This document shows positions 19,031 through 31,000 of a stretch of 64,000 nt of DNA, in pieces; position 1 is the first letter of the stretch; each line of letters starts with the position of its first letter. The notes under the pieces were generated by a model that saw nothing but the letters and a program-made list of their open reading frames with translations, was not told the DNA's origin and searched no databases. Origin of the DNA: Candidatus Heimdallarchaeum endolithica (GTDB lineage: Archaea; Asgardarchaeota; Heimdallarchaeia; Heimdallarchaeales; Heimdallarchaeaceae). A program made the translations under genes and the position numbers. Location: assembly GCA_021513715.1 (NCBI GenBank), contig CP084167.1:2880001-2944000 (forward strand), written 5' to 3'.

Positions 19031-22000
19031 TTATTTTGTACTCCTTTTTTTACTTTCAATCTTTTTATCTGCAGTAATTTCATCTAAAGTTGTTTGTTTT
19101 GTCCTTTTTGCTGTTGTTTTCTTTGCTGTTGTACTTGGTTTTTTTGCTGTTGCTGTTGTTTTCTTTGTTGTTGTTTTCTTTGCTGTTGCTGTTGTTTTCT
19201 TTGTTGTTGTTTTCTTTGCTGTTGCTGTTGTTTTCTTTGTTGTTGTTTTCTTTGCTGTTGTTGTTTTCTTTGTTGTTGTTTTCTTTGCTGTTGTTGTTTT
19301 CTTTGCTGTTGTACTTGGTTTTTTCTTTGCTGTTGTACTTGGTTTTTTTGCTGTTGTTGTTTTCTTTGCTGCTGTTGTTTTCTTTGCTGTTGTACTTGGT
19401 TTTTTTGCTGTTGCTGTTGTTTTCTTTGCTGTTGTTGTTTTCTTTGTTGTTGTTTTCTTTGCTGTTGCTGTTGTTTTCTTTGCTGTTGTACTTGGTTTTT
19501 TTGCTGTTGCTGTTGTTTTCTTTGCTGTTGTACTTGGTTTTTTTGCTGTTGCTGTTGTTTTCTTTGTTGTTGTTTTCTTTGCTGTTGTTGTTTTCTTTGC
19601 TGTTGTACTTGTTTTGTTTTTTACAAAAGGAATTGATTGTTTAATTTTCTTTATATCATTATAAGTCATCTCTAGTTTTCCTTCGAGCTGTGATGTTGGA
19701 TAAACAATAAATTCTCCGATTGTATTAATTCCGAGTGATTTTAGCTTATTTCGTATTCCCTGCTTAACATCCAACTTTTCTATTGGTTCTTCTATTAGCT
19801 TTTGTAACTTTTGTACATTTTCGTTTTTGAAAGTGTCTTTTTTCTTCACCCGATTATCAGCAAAGATCAACTCTTCAAAAGAATATATTCCTATTTCCTT
19901 CAGTTTTAATATTGTCTCACTACTCATAAATGGTGTATTTTTTACTATTTGCGTTTTACCTTTTTTTGCTATTTTTAGAGATTGAGGAGTTAAAGTAGCA
20001 AAATAGTTTTTCAACTGTCTTTCTGTTATATTAGTAATTTCAGTTAGTTCATTAATTCTTGTATTAAAAACGTCCCAGAGAGAATACTTCTGTTTATGGT
20101 ATAATTTAAAAATACTGTTTGGCTTATCCTGCATTAGTGCATAGAATGAGTAAATTGGGTATGAAAGAAGTTCTTTTAATGTGGATATCTGTTTAATTGT
20201 TAACTCTGTTTGCTCTTTAATCCTTTTATCAGAAACTGATAAATGTATAATGTGGGAAAAGCCTCCGTTTTCTAAGATAGATTTTTCAGTATCCGAAAAT
20301 AGACCTAAATCTTTGATTCTGTAACTATTTAGTTCTAATTGTTCCTTCACTTTAGTCATATTAAGAGAATGAAGAAGTTCAGTAAATTCTGCATGTTGTT
20401 TTTCTGTAAATTTAATATGTAAATCATCTATATTTTGTAAAAAGAAAAGATCATAAATTTGTTCATAACCTCTTTTTGATAGTTGGGAAAGTATGTTCTT
20501 TTGACGTATAAATAATGCTAATGATGCTCTAAAACAAGAAAGAACGTCTTTTACTTTCATCGATAAATCGCTTATATTTTTTTCTTCAAACAAAGCAATT
20601 AGTTCACCTAATGAATTTATATCATTTTTATTTAGCTCGTTAATTATTTCTTTATCATTTACAAATTCTATAAGTTTAGAATTACTTTGAGCTGTTAATG
20701 AATCTAGATTATGGAATGGAATTTGAGATAAAAAGTTTTTAAGAACAGTTATGTCTGTGGATTTATTTAATAATAGTAAATCATAGACTGTTTTTATGTT
20801 ATTTTTTAGTAGAAGCTTAAATGTTTCCTTACTTTCAAAGACAAGTGGAAGAGAGTAAATTTTTTGTTCTATTCTTAAACGGAGTTTTTCTGTAATCTTC
20901 CATCTCTTTGAAGTTTTTGACTTTGAAACAAGATTAAAGATATAAGCCTCTTCTATGGAGAAAATGTGACCTTGACTTAAAACATCTAATTCAGTTTTAT
21001 CCAAAATTGTTTCTGGAATGGGGGTTAACTTCGATGCAAGAGTACGTAAAGTTTCTAATGATAGATTTCGAATCTGACGTATTAGTTTATTATCATCGAT
21101 TATCTGATTTAACTGGTATTTAGGTTTTAAAATTAAATCTCCAATTGTTAAGTTGCCATATTGTTTGTATTTCTTTTTATTCTCAAAACTTTCACCTACT
21201 AGCAAAATAATGTGCCTATTTAGAAATTGTAAGTATTCATTAAAGTGTAAAGTTATGTTCTCAGGAAAAGAGCTTGTAATATTGTCAAATTTCTTTTTAT
21301 CATATTTCTCCAAAAGAAGTAAAGATTCAAGGGTATGTTGGATTTTTTGTTCATCTTCTTCAGGGAGATTCAACTTTTCTTCGAGTTTGGTTGGTTTTGA
21401 GAAAATAAATGAGTAAATATCAAGTAGCCTTTTTGACACTTGAGAGTCTACTTTTAGAGAGTCATGATGCATATTAAAGAAAACTAATTGTTGAAAACTT
21501 AAGTTGGGAAGTTTTTCATCAAAATATCGTGAAGAGAGTTTTTGTAAAAGTTCAATTTTTGTTCTTAATGAAGGTGAAAGGTTGGAAAAAACATCGGTGT
21601 TTTCAAAAAGATCAAGATAATTTTTAATACTATTTTCTCTTAATTCAGCAATATCAAAATCTTGTAGAACAATATTTGTTTTTAGAGCAGGAGGATTGCT
21701 TATCCTAGAAATAGTAATTTTACTAAGAAAAGTGTCAACTTCACTATTCTTTGTGTCTATAATTTTTGCAAGATCTGATTTAGATAACAAAAGCATTTCT
21801 TGTATAGTACTTACTTTGGACAAAAGTTTCAACCAATTTTCAAGAGGAAGTTGTGGAAAAGAAATTAGATAAATAGACTTGTTTAATATTTTTAGAACAT
21901 TATTTCGTAATTTACTTCTCAGTCTACTGTGTTTCTTTGATAAATCATAAATCAAATCATCAACAACTGTATAATATTTCAATAATTCTTTCTTTGTTTC

Positions 22001-25000
22001 ACTATCAAATAGCATAATATTAGAAAGTTGAACTCTTTTATCTCTCAATTTTCTAATTGTGTTAAGATTCAAAGTTGAGAGAACGCGATTAACTTTCTCA
22101 AGTTGTTTTTCTGTTAAGAATGAAGAATATGAAATTGGCTTAATTAGTAAATCTTTCAGTGTTTCGATTTTATGTTCATTTAGTTTTTCTATTTCTTTTT
22201 CTGTAAAATCTGTTACTATAGAGATGGAACTGTTGAGAAGATTTAAAATTTCTAACCCTTTTTTAGTAAGAGTCTGTTTGTTCATGTACAATACAGAAAT
22301 AAGATCGATTATATTTGAGATATCTGGAATTTCAATGTTTTTACTGAATAAGTCTTTTGAATTAATAGTACCAAGAAAATCTCCTGTTTTTAATGTAAGA
22401 GATAATGTTTTCTTTTTATCTTTAATCAGATTACTAATTATTGTGCTATAACCACCTAAGTTGATTAGTTTATCGTTTTTGATAAGATCCTTGACAGTGA
22501 AAAGATTGTTGTCAAAATATTTTGTTTCAATTTCTTCAAATTCTAAGGAATTAATAGCACCTAAAAATAGGATTGAAGTATCTAATATTTGTTTTATTTT
22601 TGTTTTTATTTTATTTATCTTTTTTATATCGTAAAGCCAGCTGTATATTGAATTCTCTTCTAAATCTGAAAAACTATAGAACCCATAAGAAGACAATATG
22701 TCCTTTTCTTTTTCACTAAGAAATGGCAAATCTACTAAATGATTGGGTTTATCATGTTCAATTGCATTTTTTATGTTTTCTATCTTAATTGATGAACGAA
22801 GTTTTAATATTTGATCAAGTTTAATCCTTGATTTGTGTGCAAGTGTTTTATATGGGATAAGAAGTAAATCTGCAATAGTATATATTCCACCTTTTTTAAG
22901 ATTAGTTTCTAATTTCTCTTCTAATCCTAAGTATCGAATATTAGCTAGTAAATAGGGACTAATTTCTGCAAATATGTTTTTATCTTTTAGGTTAATATCT
23001 CCAAGTAATTCTTGATAAGACAAGTATCCTAGTTTCATTATTTTTTCTTCATATGAAGTTAAAGGAGGGCTAAATTGTTCAAGTTGTAGATTCTTTAATG
23101 TTGATAGACTTGATAAAATTTCATCAACCATTTCATCTTTCAGATTTTGAATAGAGGAAATAACATCAATAATATGAATTATATTTTTGCTATAGCAATA
23201 TTCTATTGTAGAGAGTGTTAGTATAGGTAGATTATTTATATTTCTACATAATTTCATTCTAATGTTTCTAATTTCTTCAAGATATGAATCAGGCAAATTT
23301 GAGAAAAATTCTTCAGGGAAGTAATATAAGTATTCAATAGAGAAAACTCCTAAATTATATAATTTTTGAACTAATGATTTATTTAACTTCAAATTAGCTA
23401 TATCAAGAGTAGAGAATTGAAGAGAAGATAGGTTTCTAATGAAGAGAGAATTGTTCTCTTTTATCATCTTATTTAATTCTGGAAGATAGCTTTCCCACAA
23501 ATAAATTGGAATATGAAGATAGTCATAATAGGTGTTTTTATTTTTCAATGAAGATTCAACATTTATTATTGAAATGCCAAATATTCGTTCAATTGTTTTT
23601 ATTGGTGTAAAGAGAACAGGAAAATTGACTATCAGTTTTTCTTTTTCTTCTTTGCTTATTTCTATTTGATTAACGTCTTGATAAAATAGCTGAATCAAAG
23701 AGTAAATTTCATTTTCATTAAGATGTTTAATCGTAGAAATTTCTGGTTTTTCAATTGTTTTTAGACTAGTACCTTCCTTTGCCTCACGCTTTTTGATGAG
23801 TGGGAGTTTACCCTCTCCTGTGATCTCTTCTTCAGTTAAAGATGGTAAAAGGTTTAAGTCAATACCATAGATTTTAAGTTCTGAAATAATATCTTGTTTG
23901 TTTATTTGTGATTTAATAGTTTTTATTTCTTTAAACTCTATTCCAAACAATTGGCTTAAGGAAGCTGAAGGAATGGTTAAGAATTCAAGAATTGTGTTAA
24001 TTTTGTTGTTCAAAAGAATAGAATTTTGCTGTAATGAGAGAGAATTTAAGAAGGAAGTTGGAGTTGAACCAAACAAAGAGAGAGTCTTTTTTATTGTAGC
24101 TAGATTTTTATCTTCTAAGCTGTAATCTTGTAAACAAAGAAGTTGATCTAAATAATCAATTTTAATCTTTTTTAAAGCTAGCTTCTGTTCCTTCGTCAAA
24201 AACTTTACATCATGTAGTTTGATGGCCCATTTAGGTATTTGAAAATCAGATAAGGAACTTACTAAATATTCTGCCATTTCTGTATTAATCTTTTCTGGGG
24301 GAAGAAGTAATAAATCAAGAATGAGTTTTTTATTTTCTTTTATCAATTTTCTTAAGAACTCGAGTTGTTCTATTTGAGAAAATTTGTCCAACCAAATAAT
24401 TGGATATTTAACCTTGTTTGTGAGGGATTCAGAGTTATTAAAGAGGATTTGAGAACCAATAACAAATGGTTGAGGAAGTAAATCGAGTAAATTAATAACG
24501 TCGAGAGAGGTCTTAATATTTAGTTTATCATTCTTGTTTGATAGAATATCCAAATGGTCTTTAGGGATCAGATTAACCAATTTTTCTTTGGAAAACTCTT
24601 TTACAAAACGGATAATCTCTGTTCTAGCATTTGAAGGAATTGATCTTTTTTCTTCAGAACTGAGTGTAAGAAGTTCAATGATGTTTTTTACTTCGTTTTT
24701 CCACAAATCAAGCTTGACATCTAAAGATATTTCAGGTATAGAAAAAATGTTTAGGCTTAAACCATAGATAAATTCTTCAAGTTTAGCGATGCTACTTGCT
24801 TTTTCTATTTTTTCACTTTCAGAGAATATAAGAAGATATTCTGGTACCAACCCAAAGATATCTTCAAATGATGCCTTTGAAAGGTTAAACTTAAAGTTTG
24901 TGAGTGCACTCATTAACTCTTTATCTTCCTCAAGAATTGGAATGCCTGAACTAAGACTTATATTTCCTTTTCTTTTCTCCTTTAGTTCTTCAGGGATAAA

Positions 25001-28000
25001 ATTAAGGATACTCTTAAGATCTTTTTCTCTAACTGTGAAAAGATCAATAACTCGTAGAATGCGATTCTTTGCAAGAGTACGTTTAATAAATCGCGAAAGG
25101 TTTGAAATTCTGAAAATAGAGGAGTTACAAAGAGATAGAAAAACGTCGATATTTTCTTCAAATTCATCTGAAAATGATTTTATTTGATAGCTTAAACTAT
25201 AAAGATCTTGAACTGTTTCTTTATTTAGTTTTTGTAAAGTCATAAGATTTCTCTTTGATAGTAAGGTTAGAGATTCAAGTTTTACTCCTTTTTCTGCTAC
25301 TTCTTTCTGGATTTTTTTAACTGAAACATTTTCCTTTATTTTTATAATTTCTGCCTCTGGTATGTCTAAGATTAATGATATTGTGGTGATATCTTCTGTT
25401 AAGAAAGTAAGTATATCTCCAACTCCAGAATATACAAGCTTGAGCATTTGCTCTAGTTCTAAATCTAAGAAGAATACTGATGAGAGATACAATTTTGCTT
25501 CTTTGAATACATTCATATTCACTAAATAGGGATATGATTTTCTGATTTCAGACATTCTAGAAATGAAGTCTTGGATTGAATAAATCCCAAGTTCATGTAA
25601 CTTTTCAACATATTCATCTGTAATAGAGGGACAATTTTCTAAAGGAATAGCAAAACTAAGTCTTTTCTCTTTTAGTTCGTCTAATGAAAGCAAGTCAAAT
25701 ATGTGGAATTCATTATAAATTGGATTGTTTAGGATTTGAGACAATTGTCCTTTTTCAAAAAGAGACAAATCAATTACAGAGTGAATGTCGTGTAGTTCTA
25801 ACTTCTTTATTTCTTCAAAAGACAAGAAACTGAGGAAAGTTATTGAACCAGATAATAGCTCTTTGAATTCCTTATATTTTTCTTTTTTTAGAATACTGGA
25901 AGCTCCCATTCTTACTCCTGCATAGTATAAAGTTTCTATATCTGATATCCCTATTTCTTGTAACTTAGAAATTTCTGATTCAGTGATAAGAGATGAGGGC
26001 ATAATGGGGTGAGATCTAGTTCTATGTAATTCGACGATTTCACCGTAGGAAAGATTTTCCTTTATTTCATTAATTCTTTTTTGTGTTTCATTGGATATTT
26101 CAGAAAGTTTCTTGGTAGGGGTAGAATAAAAGTCTATTAATGTTGTAATTGAAGATCGACTGAGAGGGAGAGCGAGATTAGCATCAAGGTTTAGAGACGA
26201 AATAGGGATAGATAAATCGCCTATAAGTTTATCTAAACTATTTTCCTCTCTTAATTTGTTTTTTATTTCTAAAAGAGGAGAGCTCTCTTCAAATTCAAGT
26301 TCAAACAAGATACCTAAAGTTACAGTAGAGAAATCGTTCCTTGTTTCTTCATTCAAAAAGTTAAGAAAAGGGGTTATTCCAAGAGGAAGTTCAAAGACTG
26401 AACGAATAAGTGTAATATTACATTTTTCAAAAGCTAGTTGTCTTTCAAACTCACTGAGAGTTTTAATCAAATCCGTACTGGATATCACATCAAGTAGTGA
26501 TGACTCTTCTATGTCATCTAAAATAGAAGAAAAGAAGTCTTTATTGTATGCTGTTGCAGAAATAAAATCAAAGTAATGATAAGCTCTCATGTCAATTAAT
26601 TTGGATGAATAATCTGAAACTGTCCTAAACAATGTTCTGTCTGTTAAATCGTTATCTAATATGAAAATTAAATGGTAGAGATGTGAAATTTTGTTTTGAT
26701 TGAAAATAGTTAAAGAATAATCTGATATTTCCTGAAAAATTCGTAAAGGAAGTGATAATATCTTCTTTAGTGTGAAAACTTTTCGCCAGATAGATGATTT
26801 TCTATCAATGAAAACTTCATCAGGGCAGTAGAAAAGCTCTTGAATAGATTGAAATCCTTCATAACTATAAATTGTTTCTCTACTTAATGTTCTTTGTTCA
26901 TTTTTATCAAAAAGTTTAGTTTCATATGCATAGATTGCCCTTGTTTCATATTCTTCTCTTATTCTTTGAGAAGTTAAAATGTCTATTATTTCTTTAATTT
27001 CTTTTGTTGAAATGTTTAAGATGCTACTGAGTTTAACAGATGAAGTAGAAACAAAATCAACAATTGTTAATATATCAGCTTTTCTAAGTTCTTCTGTTTG
27101 TGAAAAAGAAAGTTTTGGTAAGAAATATACCGGTAAACTGAAAAAGTAGAATATTTCTCCAAGATCTAGACTCCTTTTAATATTGTCAAATCGTTCATCA
27201 GGAACTCCTGTTCTCTCCATTAAGACTTTGGATGATGTAAGTAGAAAACCTAGTAAGGTGTTTATTTTATTTTTCTTTAGAAGAGTAATTATATCTGGAT
27301 CTAACATATCTGACAAATGCTTAAAGCGTAGATTTAACACGTTTTTTAAGTTCTGTATTATTTCCCAAGGAATTGTGTTAATTGCCCATTTCTCTTGTTG
27401 AGTAGAAAAGTATAGGTCTTCAATGGTAAAAATATTGTTTGTTTCTAGAGTTTCTACTATAGAGGGTCTAAAGATGTCGAGTTCAGAAATGTCAGTACCT
27501 GTTTCACTAATTCGAATGTTTTTCTTGTATTTTTTAGCTTCTTCTAGATCAATTTTCAAGATTGAAGCAATTTTCTCATCACTAACAAGGAAAAAGTCTA
27601 TAATTCGTCTAATCCCAGTTTTTCTTAAAGCATTCAGCTGTTCATGAGATAAACTTGTTATTTCAACTTCGTCTACTTCTTTTTCTTGTTTCGTTTCCTC
27701 GTTTAATATTTTCTTCTTTACTGTTTTTTCCCAAGTGACAAGAGTCAAGGGAGAACGCAATAGCTTTTTGAATTTCTCAATTACTCCCCATTTTATAATA
27801 GTTGCACCAAAAGTATAAGGGTGTGTCAAGTAAAAGAGTTTGTCAATAGAATTGTATCCTATAACAAGTAAGGACAGTATTTCTTCTGGTGAAAAACGTT
27901 CTGAATTTTCGAAATCAAAAGAAATTGTAGATACATATTTTCCACTAGCTACTTTTTCATAAAATGGTTGTCCATCTCTATTTAAATCAAAATTGTTTAT

Positions 28001-31000
28001 TAGTTCATCAAAACTCTTCTTTGAAAAATTAAGGAGTGTTCTTAATTCATCAAAACTGTAATTAAAAAATTGATGTAAGGAGTATATTTTTTTTGATGCT
28101 AAAACCTCATAATCTTTAAGTTTCAAACCTTTTATACGAGTGATTGGGAGTTGCAAAAACTGATAGAAGTCAATTATTTCTTGAGATAGCAAAACTTTTT
28201 CAGAAAAATCATCTGAAACTTTAAGATTTTTACTATTTATGTTATCGTAGAATTCTAGTAAGACTTTCCTGTCTTTATTTTTAGAAATTTCTGTTTCAAT
28301 GAATGCAGGTGTTAGTTGAAGAAAATCTCTTATTGTATTTACATCCTTCGTTTTAAGCTTAAGAATTGCATCATTCAAAGATTTTGCTTTAGCTTTTGTT
28401 GGAGCTAATTTTGTTAAAAAGAGTATATCTTCATTCATGAATTCTTGAAAGTTATTCATTTTTGATAGAAACTCAGAGATAGGTGGGAGTTCTTCTTCAA
28501 TATAAAAGTAAAACAACTCTTGTATTGTTGTTTGTTGTTCATTGAATTGTTTGACCAATCTCGGGAAGTGCTTTTTTATAATTTTTAAATTTCCTTTGTA
28601 CAATTGTTTGTTTTTCTTAACCTTGTCAGCAGATATGCTTTGTTTTAAACGAATGATCTCTTCCTCGTTAAGGTTTAGTATTAGAGAGAGTTCTTTATTA
28701 CTCCATATAAGAAACCTCCCTATACAATTTACTCCTACCTCATTTAATACGTTAATTTTCTCATTTAATTCAGGAAAAGCAAAAATTAAAGGTGTTCGTA
28801 ATAATAAATAATCTGAAATGTATTGATTCTTAGTTTGTTCATCTTCAAATCCGAAATCTTCTGGGTTAGAGTATATTAAATCCTCTACTGTATATATTTC
28901 ATACTTGTTTGCTTTGCTTTTCAAAGATAGAAAATTGGGAATGGGTGTACCTATTTTTTTCTTTATTCTTGCAATCTCACTTTTTAATAACCCCATTTCG
29001 CGTAATCTTTTTGAAGGAGTAATCAAGAATGATGTAGAAGTAAATATTTTATTTTCCAATAATCTTTCTTCTGCCTTTTCATTAATTACTTTGAGGTGAG
29101 ATAAATCAAGATCTCTATTTGTTTCATTGAGATGAGTAAGTATGCGAAGTTTCGATTCTTCCAATAAACTATCCACAAAAATAGCTAATTCCTTTTTCAT
29201 TAAAGTTCTTAACTTTGCATTTGCATATTGGGCTAGAGTATCTATGTTCACAGACTTAAAAATGTCTAATATGCTCTTTTTTGTGCTATCATCTATAGTA
29301 GATATTAGTTTTAGTTTGCTTAGAGGAATTGATTTTTCAGTGTTAGCCAGAATAGTAAAGAATCTTGTGTAAATTGAACGCTCTAATTCTTTGATCTCTA
29401 GAAGGTCCTTAGTTGGTTTTTCAAGAAAATTTTTTATTGTCTCTATCTTTCGTCTATGGAAAGCATTTTTAGTATAACCGTCTATCCAGTCAGGTTTCAT
29501 TTTTGTTATATTAGTTTTTAGAAATTCAGGAAACTTCTGTGAAATATGCGAAAATACTTTCTTAATATAATCAATCAAGATTTCTGTTAAATCATTTTCA
29601 TATTTATAAGAAAAGGGCTCATTAAACTTGAAAATAAAATCTTCTAGTCCTCTAAACTTATTTGAAAAGTTGGGATAGGTTGTTTTTACATAGTTGAAGT
29701 CAGGATATAGAAATTCTTCTTTTAATTCTGAATAAGCAGACATGGTATCCAAATTGAACTTAAATTCTTGAATAAAACTTGATAAATCGACTGTTTCTTC
29801 TGAGTTTTGAGATTTCGTAATTTCACTAATTAACTTAAATTTGTTTCCCTCTATTAAACGCTCTACTAATCCTTCAACAAAACGTAATTGTGTAGCTTCT
29901 GTTGCTAAATAGTGATAACTATTTTGAATCCATCTTTGATATAAAGCTTCATTGAAACTACTACTTGTTCCTCTTGCAAACCTTTTATCAATTGTTTTGT
30001 TTGTTAATGCTTTCAGAGGAAGTTCAGGGCTCAACTTGGACCTGTCTAATTCATAAATTGTCCTTTGCTTTATTCTTGAAACTTCTTTTTTTGAAAGATT
30101 TAGAATTGTGGACAATTCTGAAATTGGTATAGAGAGAAACTTTCCTATTGTTAAAATATTATTTTTAGCACAATTGTTTTTATATTTGTCTGGACACCAC
30201 ACATTAAGTTCAAAAATCGGTGTTCCTAAAGGAACAAAATTCCTAATTTTCTTTTTTGCTCCATGGGCAAGAGCTGCTGCAACCTTATATTTCTCTTTAT
30301 TTATATTTGTATAAACTATTTTTTCATTCTCCAATATTCTAGCGAGATTATCGATTACAACAGGGGCTGATCTTACAAAACGAGATAATCTTGCATGTTC
30401 TCTTTTTCTTCTTTTTGCTCTACTTAGGAAAGTTTTTAGTCTTCTACCAAGTTGTTGCAAAGCTAATCTTATCTCTTCTTCAATCTCAGGAACAGTTGAA
30501 ATATACTCTTTACTAGTTTCAGGAAAAGGAATTTTTGTACTTACTATTGACACAGCAATAGCTAGCGGGTCTGATTGTCTTGTAAGTCCATATTCGCTCC
30601 AATTTAAAGAAGAAACTACTTTTGTAATAACATCATTTCCCGCACCAAAAATTAGAGGAATTCTATTTGCATATCTGTAAATTATTTTATTATCAACTGA
30701 TGTGCTTCCTTTTTGTTGGGCATATTTAGATACTCCACCTCCATAACCTATTGCAGCTTCTACAATAAAAGGGTGGCCAGAGTAAGCTTTTGGAGGACGA
30801 GAAATTGCTTCAACAAATTCTGGTTCAAGTTCTTTTTCTAAACCTTTTCTTAGTCTTGCTGCTCCTAAAGGAGAAAGAGCATCACCTTGTGGAGCGTCGA
30901 ATCTAAAGATCCTATCCCTCTTTCTTTTTATTTCTTTAGCTTCTTGGTATGCTTTAATGAATCCTTCATGAACTATTCTTCTAATTTCTTTTGAAGTAAG

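Noticed and set aside
19105-19612. Possible CRISPR array
   Set aside because: No unique spacers; units are codon-phased and lie inside a CDS; no cas genes in the window.
18972-19664. Three + strand ORFs (poly-Val/Phe, poly-Leu, poly-Cys)
   Set aside because: Antisense shadows of the stop-free tandem repeat encoding the Top6B Lys/Thr tail; not a metallothionein or membrane protein.
19630-30300. Intein or assembly artefact as the reason for Top6B size
   Set aside because: No intein splice-junction or LAGLIDADG motifs noticed; the repeats are highly diverged in one open frame and lie after the complete core.
21153-30314. Many short + strand ORFs within top6B
   Set aside because: Antisense shadow ORFs without recognisable motifs.
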